DNA of 55,019 bases, filler included, from Sphacelaria rigidula (GCA_964200075.2; 5 parts of 5 records of this genome joined end to end with filler, not necessarily neighbours in it), one strand, 5' to 3'. Shown: positions 1 through 14,430, counted from the whole stretch's first letter. Numbers and translations: made by a program. Notes: generated from the sequence alone by a model not told the origin.

Positions 1-1217
1 TGTACTCAAGTTAGAGTTCATTTCATAGTAGCGAGATCGTCATTCGGAGATGACGTCTGTATTTGTGACTGATACGATTGGCTCGATTACGGGTCAGTTT
101 TTCTGCAGTGGATAGTCGTCGGTCCATTTTACAGATATATGGTGCCCAAAATCGGGCCCCATTCACCCCCATAACTGTATCTATCAAAACAATCCTCATT
201 GATACCAACTGGAATATCAAAATTAATCTCAGGGTGAACTTCGTATGGTTGATTTTTACGAAGATCCCAAGCAACACTAGAACCACGTAGTATTCATGTT
301 CTGCAGCGGCCAAATGGCGAGGACGTAGTAGGTAGTGGCGTAGGTCTACATCACAGAAGATTGGCCGCGAGTCCATGGCGAGGCGCCGAATGGCAAGAAG
401 CTCCAAGATCGAACAACGGCGCCGGGTCCGACACCAGCCACAAATACTGTAAGCTTCATCATTTCCTAAGCTTAAAACAGATTCGCTCCCAATCTATGAC
501 TCGACACTATTTATCTTGACCCAAATAATATTTTTATAGGATTCTCACCTGCAAAGATTTCCGTTTGGCGTACGAGGTGAAAAGTAGAGTTAGTCGGAAC
601 CTTCATCTGAATCGCACACGAAACCGAGGTATTCCAGTGCTCCCCAGGTGAAGTCTCAAGCCGCCGTGGGGCTTCTAGCAGGTAGTTGATTTTGAAAAAG
701 GATTTCTACATTACACGTGAGGTATTGTGTTACACCGCTTTTCACTGAAGGGAATGAATCAGAAACAAGCTGAGATTAGATGGGTGGGAGCGAGGGTTGA
801 AGTGAATGATTTTTTTTTTGAAAATCTTGGGTTGATAATGATGCGGAAGAAGAACCTCGGCTCTTCCCTCGCATTCGTCAAAAACACTTTAAAATATGTG
901 GGGCACGCGGAGATTCATGTGCGGAAGAGGCGGGAATACGCGTCATAATAACCGCCCAAAATGTTGTAAAATATACAGGTTTCATCCGGGTCGTGGGTGA
1001 AATATGTGCCATTTTTATGCGCCTTCTTTAATAGCAATATGGCACGCTGCACATTGTGTCCTGTGTGCACTCCCTACTACGTGCTCCCCTACCCGCTCCG
1101 GCCGTACCTCTTGTGGTTTCCTTCCCCCTGTCGTACGTCTCTCTACAGCGCCCGAATGGCAGCTTTCTTCAAATGGGAACATTACGAACAGTCTGGAAAA
1201 CAATTGAAAAATTATAT

Positions 1218-1320
1218 CCTATGCGCAATTTCTCGGGTACGTTCATCATGTAACCACGGCTGGATCCCTGGGGCGATCGGTTCATGCGCGACAATCGATC
1301 GATCAATCAATCAATCAATA
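1218..1320 (+). mobile_element. Retroposon 3' end with a (TCAA)n tail
   Basis: GGGTAC...TGTAACCACGGCTGGATCC...GCGCGACAATCGATCGATCAATCAATCAATCAAT; a diverged inverted copy lies at about 10530-10622. Confidence 0.55.
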
Positions 1321-4039
1321 TGTGACATTTCTCGTATATGAGCAACATGTGAAATATATGCGAAAATGCATGCGGGTGGGAAAACGCATGCTTTATCCAC
1401 GAAAGCGCGAACGTGCGGGAAACACTGCATGGAGAATGCGTGAAAGTCATGCCGGGGAATAGCCCAGAGATGGCAGCGTACTCTCTTCATTTGTCGTTCA
1501 CAGGCAATAATGAGGCCAGAACGTCCCCCTCCGGCCTACCGGTTGCATGTCCGTCGTGCGGGATCCACATCACACGGCGATATCGTGCATTTGGATGTGG
1601 ATGAATGACAATATTTCACTTGACGATGCTCCTCTTGTCTCCCTCATCGATCGTTTTTCGGACGTTGCGCCTTTTCTCCCTTTGCCATACTTCGGGGGAT
1701 GATCAGCTCACGTGATGATGCGCCTCAGCAGCTAGGTCAGGTGTGTGCAGAGTAGGACAGATGTGTCTGCCGTGTTTTACGATCGTAATGCTGGATTACG
1801 AAGCGTGCACAGTACATTCACATTTTCGGTGTCTTTTGTTGATGCCCGTTGCTCCGGAGTAAGCGTTGGGTCTGTCGGTCGCTGTGTCTCGGTAAATTTT
1901 GACGAAGCATGAAGCAGGTATCGAAACATTGGCCAACAGCTACTCCTGTAATGGTTGCACTGTAAGGCCATTCGTAACAGGCACCTATTTGCGTGCAAAT
2001 TTCAACCGTCGTGCGAACCCAAAGCCGAACTCCCCCACTTTTACACTCCACGCCTTTGTGCAAAACTTGAAATCAAGTGTCAGGCATCGGTTATTGAAGG
2101 CAGACGACCCGTCAAGCCCGCTGTGCCTAGCACATGGGGCCCACGAGAAGATGGATGCCACGGTGTGGGTGCCTTCACACTTGTGTTGGACAGTGTTGCG
2201 TTTGATCCAATGTCGCGTTCGTTACTACCCCTCCAAAAAGATCCAGTGAAACCAATGGACCCCAAAAGTGTGGGATCGCATCACCGACGATGCATACTCC
2301 CCCAACGCGTGACATAGGGAATCATTGTACAATACATACCCGATGATCATTTTCAATGCTGACGTGTGAAGATGATGTCACAGAACCCGCTCTGTTCCGC
2401 CCGATGTGTAGTATTTGCTTCTTCATGTATACTGCTGCTGCGCACACGCAGCAGCGCTCGCTAGCAACCATCTTTCAAGCCCAAGATTAGATCAATAGCA
2501 TTGTAGAATGATGCGATATCTGCCGGTCCCTATTACGTCTCTACCGCAGCCTTTTCATTTGCGAGAACATTGTATCACGCCGGAACATGGTGTGGTGATA
2601 TGATAGGTGTGCGTCTTAGCTACGCAAAGCACGCGGAGTTGTCTCGGTATGTACTGTATGTGCTGTATGTGTTGTATGTCATGAGACGTTTTCAACTAAG
2701 TGGGAAGCATCCGGGCATAGAAGATGCCAACCCCGACTTACAATGCAGTGAACGTGGTGGTCATGCCTCACATGGCTCTCGCTGGCGAATCCAAGCTCTC
2801 TACCGGGAGCCACGAGCTACAGTTTTGGTGCGCGTAGCATGTATGACAGTGTTACTGGATTCTGAGTGATCTTTGGTGCGCCGAAAGCACTCTGCTGTCC
2901 CCAGCACACATGGCTAGCTAGTGCAAGCGCGCCAGCCTACTGGTCAATGGAGCGCTTTGAGAACATTTCTGCCACAAGGGCATCGCGATGACCAATGTGT
3001 TCGCTGCCTGCGCCCCAAAACCTGGGAAGTCCCACCCCCCCCTTGAGATTCACGCCGTACAGACAGTGAAAACGCGCACCACACAATGATCACGGTGTTA
3101 CTTGGCTGCGAGATTTTCGGCCCAGTGCTGAGATGATGAATGGAACACCCGCGGTAGCTCCCTCACTGATGGCAGGAGTCTGTTGGGTACAGACGCTGGA
3201 TACGGACGCCACCTATCTCTTGGGCTGACGTTTGATCATTGGAGATATACCTGGTGGATTACTCAGCTACTCGCTCAAACGTTGAGCTCTGCCATGTTCA
3301 TGACATCTGGCTGTTAGGAATGGCGCTCCATGCATATGGTCTTGTCAGTTCTGATGATGTCATGCGGTAGAGCTCTGGCCTAGTCGAAATATTTGCCCGC
3401 GCGAGGGTCGGTTTCTACTCGCATTTTTTTCTTGTCGTACTTCGTCGCCTCTCCGCCGTCCCCCTTGGTGTCCACGGGACGCGTCCGTCGTCTCAAGAGC
3501 TCAACAGATCTCTCGATCGGTACCCACCTTGCGATTCATTATCGCTCATTGAATCAGCATTCAAAGCCCCTCGACTTCCTCATCCATTCCATTTTTTTTC
3601 ACGTTTTAAGGTTTTTCCCGGCCGAACTAGTATAATAAACAGTGACTATCGGGAGTGACTCCACCACTCCGCTCAAACTGGAGCATGATCTACCGCTTTG
3701 GTCACTGGGGGCGCGACAGCGCTGACAAGTGTACATGCAATCATCGCTATATTGATGAGTACTGTAGTGGTTGTGGAGTACCCAGTTGGGCTGTTTACCG
3801 GACGTGTTTCCCCCAGTGCATCGTGACGCTGATATTAAAAAGAGTATCAGCGATGGACTCCAACCGCTGACCTTAGCTCCCACACCTACGCACCGCATCG
3901 TATTAGGTCAATCTTCGTTTTGTCGATAACCAGGGTACCTGAGTGGTTGTATCGCACGGTACTCGTGGAACTGAAGCACCAAATGTCATTTTCCAATGAG
4001 TTCATCTTGTGCATGTACATCGTTTTTGTCATACTGCAG

Positions 4040-7000
4040 ACCGACGACGGGGGGCCGACCGCCAAAGTCTCTTCTCGGCTTACATTGGTACAAGGAGAAT
4101 ACCCCACCAATGTGGTCGAGCCCGTTTCATACGCGCTTGCCCGAAGAAGGGGTGGTGGGGGGGAATTTGATGGAGCTCTTCACTTGACCAACTTCAGGCT
4201 GGTCTTGCAACGAACTGGATCGGGAAAGGTACTGTACTACATTCGTCCTGGACATGGGTTTGCTGCCGCCGTCATTGCGGACGTGTTACTTTTGTACATC
4301 AATCACCTGGTACGGCATGATGATTGGTGCAAAAGGATTTGGCTGCAAGACTGTCTGGGGGTTGAGTCGCCTGTTGACGCACCCCCGTGATGTATCTCCT
4401 TCGATGGATTGCGTCTTTCAGGAAGCTCTTGGTAGCTTTTCAACCTTTCTCTGACAAGAGCCGCACTGATACAGGCCATAACCGTAGCCCTAAGCGTATG
4501 GCGAGCATTGGCGGTAAATTCCATCCTGTACAAGCTGTCGGCACGTGCACCGTAGGCGATTGGATAGTATACTCCTGGTTATCGATTATGTGTCCGTATG
4601 GTCTTACCAATCGTCGCACAACCCTTAGGTCACTAGTGGTTTTTCGATGGATGCGAAAGCCGGCCGTGCTGGTGTATACTGCGGATACGTGCCGTCTAGT
4701 GTTTTGGAACTAGCAAAACCTCTGCACCTCCTCTGGATAACGAGTCGCTTCTCCTATCGAATCGCTGTTAGCCATCATGAGGGCCTGTCCGAGGGCATGA
4801 TGCAGTAGCGTAGACCTGCCGCGATGCCATGTGTCCATTCGTTGACAACAGCTTAGCTTGTGATGAAAAAGATGCCTGCTCACCTTGCAAGACTTACGGC
4901 CTTCGATTCGTCCCCGTTTCTGCGTTCTGACATGCGTGTGCATTTGCATGTGCGTGCTTGTGTGTCCTCCTCATCGGAAGGCGACGTGCGGATGTGATGA
5001 CGAATCTCTGACGTGGGTATCGTTCCCGCTGAGCTGCATCAAGACGGTCGTGCATGCTGATGAGGATCCCTTGGCCTTAATGCTAACCGCGAAGGTGCCA
5101 AGTTCTACGCCCAGGCGGGCGCCAGGCTAGAAGAAAATATGTTCTACCGAGTCGGCCCAAGCGTACTCTCATCACCTGTTGCGACCACCCTACTGTAGCG
5201 CCTCCAAGTCTTCGGTGGTCCTTCACATCACAGCTCGGCGGCACGCCGACTGGTATCGAATCGTCTTCCAACGCTCCGTGCAATTTTTTAGTTTTATATC
5301 GGGGCACAACACCGCAGCGCCATGCAAGCTTGTTTGTCAAGCGTGTTACCCTTTCAGCACTCAACCCTTGGTATCGCAGCCCAGACCGCTCTCGAGACCT
5401 CTAGAAGTATAGGGTGTGGACGAGGAGTGCTTCTACGATGACGAATGGGTTACTTCTTTCTTCGTGCTGTCCTGGAAACATGTCGTGCACATGCTCCCAA
5501 AACTCAAAATCTGCAAGCAATCTTTTCGCTTGATCAAGTGTGACTACTGCTTCGTGTGCGCCCGTAGGCAGTGGACTGACTGGCCCAATGCTTTCGAGTC
5601 TCGTTCCCGCCTTCGCTTGCGCTGTGCGAGATCGGCTTGTGACACACTGGAACGGCGATTCCTGATCTCTGGTGCCCATCTCATGTACTGTCTCCGTTTC
5701 GGCTTGTGGCTCTTGTGTGATGCATGACCTGCAGGACTTACGCAGTTGTCGGATGCGCTTTCCGTCCAACAATGAGGTTTTCGTCGCAACGCTGACGCAG
5801 GTATTGCACAGGGCGTCGAGATCAACCACACTATGTAGCTGCGGCATTAAGCACACTTGGCAGTGACGTGTGCATAGACCATTCGATTCACCTTCGTGGT
5901 ACGACATTCTTGGGCAGCGAACATGTGCAGTCGCGGGAGGTCTGTCGCGGGGTGAAAAAATAGCCCGAATCATCCACGGGGCGTGACACGCTGGACGTCG
6001 GCCTGCATTTGTTCAGGGTGTGGCAAGGGTGCGGGGACTCCAGTGTCGTAGTGCTCGTGAGCAGGGTACCCTTCACACGGGCCCACCCAACACATTTATG
6101 TTTTCCTGCGGCCGCCTCCCGCGCGTGCATGCATGCTGTTCAACGTCAAAATTCAGATTATTTTGCACTTGGCAGGCTTCGCTCAGGCATCACCGGATAA
6201 GTCTTTCGCCTTTGCTCACGCACACGCTGCTGCCAGGACGCGAGCGGCGCAGAGCGAGCAGGCGATGACGGGGGTATGTATTGCTTCTACCCGGCTGTTA
6301 TTCCGAGAGGCCGTTCTTCTTCGGCGCAACAAGTAATGCGCCGTATAGTCTTGACCCACACTAATGAAAACTACTGTCACTAGACAAACAGGCTCAGGAG
6401 GAGAAAGTGGCCAATGCAGTAAATCTCTGGTCTCTTTTACGCCTGGACGTTCATATCCTAGGGAATCTCTGGCCCCAATAGATGATGATTGTTGGGATCC
6501 GACAAGACCTCAAGATGGAAAAACGTTCCAAACCTATTCGGGATTTGTTCGTGATGTCACAGGGATCAGGAAGAGTGACAGAAGCAGCCGGCACAGCGTC
6601 GCCGAACTCGGGCGTGCCAACGACAACAAAAGCCAGAAATAGTATTGATGAACACCCCCCCACGAGGTCGGATAGTGGCACACCAGGCAAGATTCCGAAA
6701 CTAATCCGCGAAACGGATCTGCGACGGTTGGATAATGATCCAGCGGACGGCTGGCTCATCTACGACTTGGAGAAGGAGTTCGTGCGGCAAGGATTAATCT
6801 ACTCGAAGTCTCTTGACTCGTGAGAGACGATGTGCCCCCTGGGGTGGTGTGAAGTTTTTGTTTTTGGCGTCCTCGTAACCCCCCACCCCCTCAGGACGAG
6901 TCCTTGGTCTCGAGGGGCCAAGCCATCTCTTCACCGGTACATGGTTTGCACGTTACTATCAAGCATTGGATCATCGCTCCCGTGCTTAGGCGACTTTTAA

Positions 7001-10000
7001 TCGAGTCATGTTGCTTTGGACGAGAGTGTCGATCGGAATATTCCGGGGGGGCATGTGTGATAGAGTATAGCAAGGCGTTCCATCGCGTTCATGTTACCGG
7101 CGGTAGGTGTCGCCGTACGGTAACATTCTCAAAGATTTCGGCCCTCGAGGCAAAGTGTTGACATGCCGTCAAATGGCGAACGCGGGTGTATATCCCGAAT
7201 GTGTATGTGAGATGTTGCGCTTTTTGGTAGCACGGATCTGTTTCCTAACATGTCCCCGACGATCAACGTCGCTACACGTGCAGGCCTGTTCATCTGAAGC
7301 ATGACTCTGAAGCAGCGAAATCTCGAAGAGACAAGGCTGAAAAACCCCGTTGGAGGCTTTTTCACAACCGATCGCACGAGGTGGTGCCCACGTACCCTCT
7401 TCATGTGGTGGTCCCCATGGCTATGTCCGATGCCGATATCAGGTGGGGATCAGGTTTTGCCCAACACATCCCCTGAGTGTACTGTGTATTATAGTATCAT
7501 AAGCAGTACTGTACTGTCGGTACGTTTCTCTTAGGAGTTTGAGGGGCATAGATTGATATCGAAATGTGAATGAGTGTACGTATCGCAGCAAACGGTGACC
7601 CGATTGAAGATGACATCAAAGCGGTACCGAATTGTCGCAGCTAACGTACGACGTTATGGGTTGAACACAATTCAAACTCGAACCTCAGGTCGGTCGTAGC
7701 GTATCGCAGCAAAGGACGACTACCCGCTGTGACATGGATGGATCCCAAGACTAAAGCCGTGCTAGCTCGTTCGGCTCAGCCTTTGGCAGGACTGGGCGGC
7801 AAATCGTGAGTCACTGAACCCACGGGAGGCTCGCTTACCCTACTGTAGTGGCCAGCTCGCAATCACACACGATTTTCGTCACGCGTCATGATATACCGGA
7901 GGCACATACTCGATCGAATTGACCTTCCACCCTTTGTGCTTTGTTCCCCCTCAGAGTAGACGGTGATCATCGATTGGGAGTTGGATTACAGTCGCTAAGC
8001 ACACCGAATTCGTTACTCAAACCTTTTTCAAAGTTTCATGTTTGGGCTCGTTGTTCCCGCTTGACCACCATGTACTCTATGAGATGAATCCGGAGAATGC
8101 TGTACTTCCTGCGTTGAAGGTTTTTTGTCCCTGCGGTACGTCTCGGCTGTGTCTGTCTCGGTTCGGATCTACATGGCGAAGCACGGTACTGCATTGCACT
8201 CATGAACAATCCACCCCGACCAATGTTGTCACTCGTAAGGTTGCGATGATGTAGCGTAACTTATGGAAAATCCAGCCAGTTATTGATAGACACGCCTCCA
8301 CGCACAGCATTGTCAGGCCAAGCGAAAGCTCAGACTCCCGCAGTGGTGAAGTATATCCTGGCCTTTTTTCCCAGGTTGTACTTTGTATGAGGTCATTATA
8401 TTTCATTGCGCGGTCGAAGCTGACCATAACGCTTTTGGTTCATGTCATGTTCCACTCGCCCAATGTTCATGGTGTGCACACGCATTATGTTGTGTTATCG
8501 TGTACCACGAAAATCGTCGCAGACGTTTTTCAATATTTCGATGAACGGCCGATAAAATTACACGCGGAGGTATACCTGCAATCCTCCACGAGCCGATCAT
8601 TTACAATTGTTCAAGTCATGTGCCGACCACCTCTTTGACTGAACAGGCTCCGTTAAGTGGCATAACTCGATCGCTGACCGGGTCACTTCCAGTTTTCATG
8701 CAGTTATTTTCCCCGATATCTGTACTGACTTCGAATCATTATCTGAACGGAATGGTCATGCTCCAATTGGTAGTATGCTCAAACTTCAAGAACAGTAGGA
8801 GTTTCTGATACAAACCATAGACGCGAGGGTCGTGCACAGCACCCCGCATCCCAACATGATCCGCATCACCTCCGATGACAGCCACGATGACAGCGACGTG
8901 AACGTGCGCTATGCGTTTTGTCGTACGTGCACCGGACTCGAAGTGCCATTGCCGGCTAGATTTCAACACGATTTTGAAGAGGAGTGGAATCAAGTTAGCG
9001 AATCTTTTGTGCCTTCGGCGGCGCCTCTGACGGACCCCTCTCAAAATCCGGAGGGAGCGGTTTCGCCGCTGCTGGCGCCTGCAACACCAGTTATCCGTTT
9101 TTTTTTCCGATCACTGCAAGTGGTTCAAGTGTGTGGCACTCCCCTTTTTTTTGTTGCTTCAAACCAGTTCACAAGTCTGATGCTCGTGATGCACTTTAGT
9201 GTTCGTTCAATATATTTGTTTTGCGTTTAATTCTCTTCACCTCTTCCTCGCTCCCTCCCCCTTCAACTACGTTGATTGATCAAACCTACTCAATCACATA
9301 TCGACATATCGACAACAGGTGCGCAGAGGATGAGCGCCTTTTACGCCTTTTCCACGAGCAAGGGCAAAACCCACAAATACCACGCGCCATGACCCCGCCA
9401 CCGTCATCAAGCCCCGATTCGCCGCCCCGCCGCCGGCGGAGCTCTCCGGATACCCGAGAGTCGCGCCGCGGTAGCGCTGCGCGATCACAGGTTACCTTCG
9501 GCCTGTCGCCCATCCGCCGGCCGCCTGCGATTGCGTCTCCTGATCTGTGCGGTAGGCGCGCGAGTTCCCCACCGAAGCAGGCGTTCGACGATGTGGCCAG
9601 GCGAAGAAAGGAAGCGAGGGTGCAGCAACATCGTGACGCGGCGATGGCGGCGATGGCAGCAAAGATGGCGGTGAGCACTAACGGAAGCTGGTCGCGGCGT
9701 ATGCCTGGTGTAGAGGCTCAAACGGAAAATGGTCTACCCAGGGTGACGGTGGCTGCCAACGATAATCGGGAAAGGTACGACCCGAAGTCGCTGGGCGCGG
9801 TGAGCAGGAATGTGGCCACCAGCAGTCAGGCAAGGCGGAATGTAACAGAGCGGCACTCCGTTCAGACGAAGCCACTACAAGCGGCGACTGCAGATGCGGA
9901 CGTCGCAGAGAGAGAAGGAAGAAGCAAAAGCGATCCCGGGGGAAATGTGGTGAAGCTTGGGCAACGGCAGCAAGAAGAGAAGGGGCAGGAGCAGCAGCAA

Positions 10001-10482
10001 CGATCACAAACACAACCAGCACTGTCTCCGCCGCTGTCAGAGGACGGCAGTATGTCTGGGTTTCTCGGTATGGTGAAGATGTCCAACTGGTCCCCGCCGT
10101 GGTCATTAACGCCCGTCAGCGTTCAATTGGAGCAACAGCAACCAAAAAGCACGCAGAGAAAAACGTTAATCTCTACCTCACCGTCACAATACAGAGCGGC
10201 GGTTGCAAGTAGCGGCAGAAATGAGACTGCCGACCCTAGCCCAGCGCATAGTGCGAACCAATCCGCCACAAACAGCCCCCAAGAAAGGAGTGGCTGGAAA
10301 ATGGGGGGTGTAAGCGGCAAGCAAGGCCGGGCCAAGGTTAGCACGGCGGAAGGCGATGGCGGGAGGGGAGATGGGGAGAGAAACGGAAAGGACCATCCCC
10401 GCTTGTGCGTGCTGGATGCGAGAACTGCCGTGGCCGCAATGGGAAACCAGCTTGTGGGGAAGGGCGTGGAGATGGGTCTAGG
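4040..10482 (+). CDS. Myotubularin-family phosphoinositide 3-phosphatase (PH-GRAM plus N-terminal half of the phosphatase domain); partial, start exon not identified, 3' end cut by contig break
   Basis: Eight phase-compatible GT-AG exons: 4040-4228, 4981-5094, 5735-5800, 6157-6273, 6563-6819, 7284-7442, 7689-7805, 9319-10482. The spliced product has myotubularin hallmarks in the correct order: GALHLTNFRL, SFPLSCI...AKDLRSCRMRF (GRAM), SFAFAH, GWLIYDLEKEFVRQG, WRLFHNRSHEVVPTYPLHVVVP, RSKGRLPAVTW...LARSAQPLAG, CAEDERLL, LDARTAVAAMGNQLVGKGVE. The CX5R catalytic exon is not in the contig. Confidence 0.92.
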
Positions 10483-10838
10483 GTGAGGTTTCACCACGAG
10501 GAATTTGACTGAGTGGTTCGTGTACTGGTTGGTTACATGAATGTCGCGAATACTAATTGGTCCCCTGCGAATCCAACCGTGGCCACAAGTGAGGTGTACC
10601 CCAAGGTAAATCGCCGGGTGCACCCATGAGCATGTGCAATATGGAGAATCTACATAGAAACCGTGATACCTAGCAAAATCATCTGACTCGTACTGTACGC
10701 AGAATTACTATGACTTGGTCGTGGAAAAAAGGGATAATTTTCATATTTCCAAGCGTTCACGTTGATTTTCTGTGCTGTTCGTTTTCCCTCATCACAGCAG
10801 GCCAGGTCCCGGCGTGTTCGGAAATTGAGTCTGGGTCA

Positions 10839-10924
10839 GGGGGGGGGGGCGTACTCATTTGTTGCTTGCCTTAGTCGTTTGACCATTCACCACGCATCCC
10901 TTCCGAGACGGAGCACCGTTCCTA
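10839..10924 (+). repeat. About 85-bp dispersed repeat, copy 1
   Basis: G-run + CGTACTCATTTGTTGCTTGCCTTAGTCGTTTGACCATTCACCACGCATCCCTTCCGAGACGGAGCACCGTTCCTA; inverted copies at 19033-19109 and 44097-44174. Confidence 0.9.
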
Positions 10925-11024
10925 NNNNNNNNNNNNNNNNNNNNNNNNNNNNNNNNNNNNNNNNNNNNTTAATTAATTAANNNNNNNNNNNNNNNNNNNN
11001 NNNNNNNNNNNNNNNNNNNNNNNN
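10925..11024. other. Artificial contig linker (N44-TTAATTAATTAA-N44)
   Basis: 100-nt linker with stop codons in all six frames; identical copies recur every 11024 nt. Confidence 0.98.

Positions 11025-11057
<33 letters not shown>
11025..11057. repeat. (AAT)n microsatellite at contig start
   Basis: Read directly. Confidence 0.95.
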
Positions 11058-14000
11058 GCTCTTTGACCGCGACGGTTTGGTCTCATGCTGAATCGGCATC
11101 ATTTTCCACTTGAAAAAAGTATGCATGGTCCAGATGGACTACCCTCGCGGTCTAGGGGATCATCGGACTCCAAAGATGTTGTTTTGCAAGAGGGAATGAA
11201 AACAGACGGCCGTCCGTCACCCAACATTGCCGATACAACAGAAGCGTGTCGTAGGATGGGTGGGTCCACTGAAAGACATGATTGGGGCTTCGGTGCCATT
11301 TGGCTTCAGCGAAAGTGGGCCAACGACTTGGTGTCGTCTTGGCGCAGTATACTTCCCCATTCGGGAGCGTGAGTCGGTCAATCTTGACCTTGGTGTGAAA
11401 ACCGAAATCCGGATCTTTCATGGGGGCTGTGCTCCTAGCATCCTACTAGCGTCCCTGAACGCGTTCTTGTCTAAGTCGGCGCGTGGGGCGCCGATTCGAG
11501 GTCTGGCAACGCACCCTTCGCCTACGAAATATGTTGCACCCGCCTTGCCCGATGGTTCTCGGTATGCCTTCATTAGGGCAAGTGTTATATTATGTTCTCT
11601 CCGCAGCTGAGAGGTCGCGAAGATAATTCTTGCTTCTGGGGGGCTCGATCGAAGATTCAAATTTTGCAACTTGCACATACTGTATCCGATGTATCAACCA
11701 TCTGCACGATCACGAGTCATTCATGGGTGTCATCTATTCCGAGGCCGTTTCAAAGGGGTGAGGCTTTCGTGTTTTGTGGAGACCGGCGAGGGTTGGGGGT
11801 GCGTGTCTACGGTCACAGCCCAATCTGTCTATGAGAATACTCGTCGCCACGGCAATCGGTTGGGATGCGACTTTTTGTATCATCTGCGCCAAGACGGCAG
11901 CTACAATTATACTGGTTGAAGTTTTTTATTTCATCAGGATGCGAGTTTTGTAACGAATTGCGTGAAAAAAAAAAACATAGATTTTTTCCGATTTTCTCGA
12001 TCACCGTAGCGTCTTAGATAAAACGAACCGGTACAATTGTAGCTAGGACAAATACACGCCGGTGAGTAGCCGAGCCACGCCGTGGCTCGTCCTCCGGAAC
12101 AAGAAAACTTATAAAGCGTGGAATGGAAACCCTACTCAAATCACAAGTACTTTGAGGGATTTTGCGGCGTGCATTTTCAGAGGATGAACGTCATCTCCGG
12201 TCTGTTCGTACTTTTGGTCGGTGACACGTTTTGGGCTCATTTTGGGGGGTCAGGCGCGCCCGTAACAGTACGGCGTAGGTCATACCAATGTAAAGTCATC
12301 ACCAAGTTCTGAAGCACAGAATACTCTAAGCAAACACAAGGCTGACGATTCGTTGCACCAGGCCGCATGTCCTTTCCAGGTGATTTATCAAACATATCAA
12401 AAGATCGACACTCGGATCTTCACAGCCCATCTATCGACACGACGCTCCGGTGTCCATGCCGCACAAACGGTGAACTTATCCATCCAGCCCATCACACGAA
12501 GAATAGCCTGCATCTGTGACAAAAAAAAGAGGGATCGCCGATGGAATGGTGAACGAAACGGCTACGAAAACACCATTTGTCAAGTCGAACAACACGTCAC
12601 CATACGTGCGCGGGTGTACTCTACTCTGCAAATAGCTTCAAGTACGTGCTTCGAAACAACAACGTACGTGGAACAAAAGCGTAGCAGCCGCTCTCTATGC
12701 TTATGTCATATTTTACTCATCAGTCATTTGTGATGGTCGGCCCTTCGAACGGACGAAAACCTACATCATCGCTTGTACAATTTTGCCAAGAGACCTACGC
12801 CCTATTGTTGTCTATTGCTTGCCATAAAAAGGGACTCAAAAAAGAAGACAAGGTCGCCATCGTGCGTCACAAACATTGAAGGAGCACCGAAGACCACTGT
12901 AACACAACCACCAGAGAAACACGCAACACTTTCAGAAATAAATGGCGCTCACAACAATGGTATAAACAAAGGAATGTGCCTTGACCGCCTTTCGAAGGGC
13001 AGGTTTCACGGGAACACGCCACGAAACAGCGAACACACCGAACAGCGAACAGCGACATTTTTCGCACAAATGTACATTTCACAACTGAAAAATGCGCACA
13101 GAACCAACCAAAACAAAACGAGCAAGCGCAGAAAACAAAACAAACATCGCACATCGACACGCGTGTACAAGTGCCCCACGACGTTTAATGTACATCAACG
13201 TGCAAAAAAGAAACAGGTATAAAACCATGTAGTGGGGATGGAGGTAATTCCGCCGCTCTACCCACTGTAAAATTTTCAACCATTGCTTTCTGACCAGTAA
13301 TCGCCACGTGTCTCTCACCATACCTCACGCTGACGCGACCATACGTCACAACGCAAATCTAGCCCACCCCAAATTCACCAACACACGCAGCAGACGCTTA
13401 CACCATAGAACGCGGCCTCACTTAAAACATACACTTCGAAGCTAAGTGAGTAAATGAATAAAATGAAGTAGTCAACAGCGCCCTCAGGAGTCACATTTGC
13501 GTGGTGCTGTCGATTCGGAATTCAACATCTGGTGCGACCGCTGATATTTTGCATCGGCTTCCGACTTGCAGCTGACCTTCAAACTCGGCCATGCGAAGTG
13601 CGCAGCGTAGCACCGCCAGACGTGTCGTTGCTTGGCACCGAGAAAACCGTTGACGGCGCAGCGGATCACAACCCCTGGCCGAACCTGGTCGATCTCCCCC
13701 GAAAAATATGCCCAAGCTGTCTCCTTGTTGTAGGCTCCCACACGAAATGGCAACCACCCCTCACGCTACACATACCCTAGCTAGACGCCTGAATACAAGA
13801 TCGAACTGGACTCTGAGGGCGCAACAGTCAAGAAGCGGGAAACACTTCCGGACACGATTTTCCCAAGCTAACGAACAATGGCAATGGTTGTGCGCCCGTG
13901 GAGCGTAGGGACACAAAACCTTGCTAGTTATTCTCGCGAGCTGAGATACTGTATATTCTATTTGGTGTGCCCAGCCGCTCATCATGTCTTTCTCTACAAA

Positions 14001-14239
14001 AGTACGGAACCAGTTATCTCGAAAACCAAGCAAACCTACTAATTTTCCACCAGTCCAAGGATCCGAACGTGAAATCTTGCCTACTGTGATTACCATGCAC
14101 GCGAGTTATGATGCCTCATATTTTATCAACCGCCACAGAGGACCCTTCAATGCAGCACACCGGTTGCCACGATATGTCGATAATACAGTGTTTCAAGTCG
14201 AGGTGCACCAGCGTATTGTGATACGGGTGCTCCAGTAGG

Positions 14240-14430
14240 GCACAGGCACGGCTTGGCATTTCGGGTACTTTCGGGAACTCAGTACCTTTTGGGTGTCGAT
14301 ACAGTACCCCAGGTACCATGTTGTACCCGGTGCTATCAACACCCTGGAAACCCAGAGTAACCTTGGGTACGACATCGCTTGGGTACGGTACCGCTTGAGT
14401 ACGGTACCGCTTGGGCACGTGACCCTGGAC
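14240..14430. repeat. GGGTAC/GTACCC motif-rich MITE-like fragment just downstream of the transporter stop
   Basis: Dense GGTAC/GTACC motifs and tandem GTACGGTACCGCTTG copies. Confidence 0.5.

Noticed and set aside
23..2340. Short ORFs at the start of contig 1 as viral or TE genes
   Set aside because: No recognisable motif and frames are interrupted; cannot be supported without a database search.
10969..10980. TTAATTAATTAA as a biological palindrome or piggyBac target
   Set aside because: It is the centre of the artificial linker, repeated identically four times.
11058..13790. Intact LINE ORF
   Set aside because: Only vague, frameshifted coding-like patches (about 11100-11600 and 13490-13760); no RT or endonuclease motif could be read.
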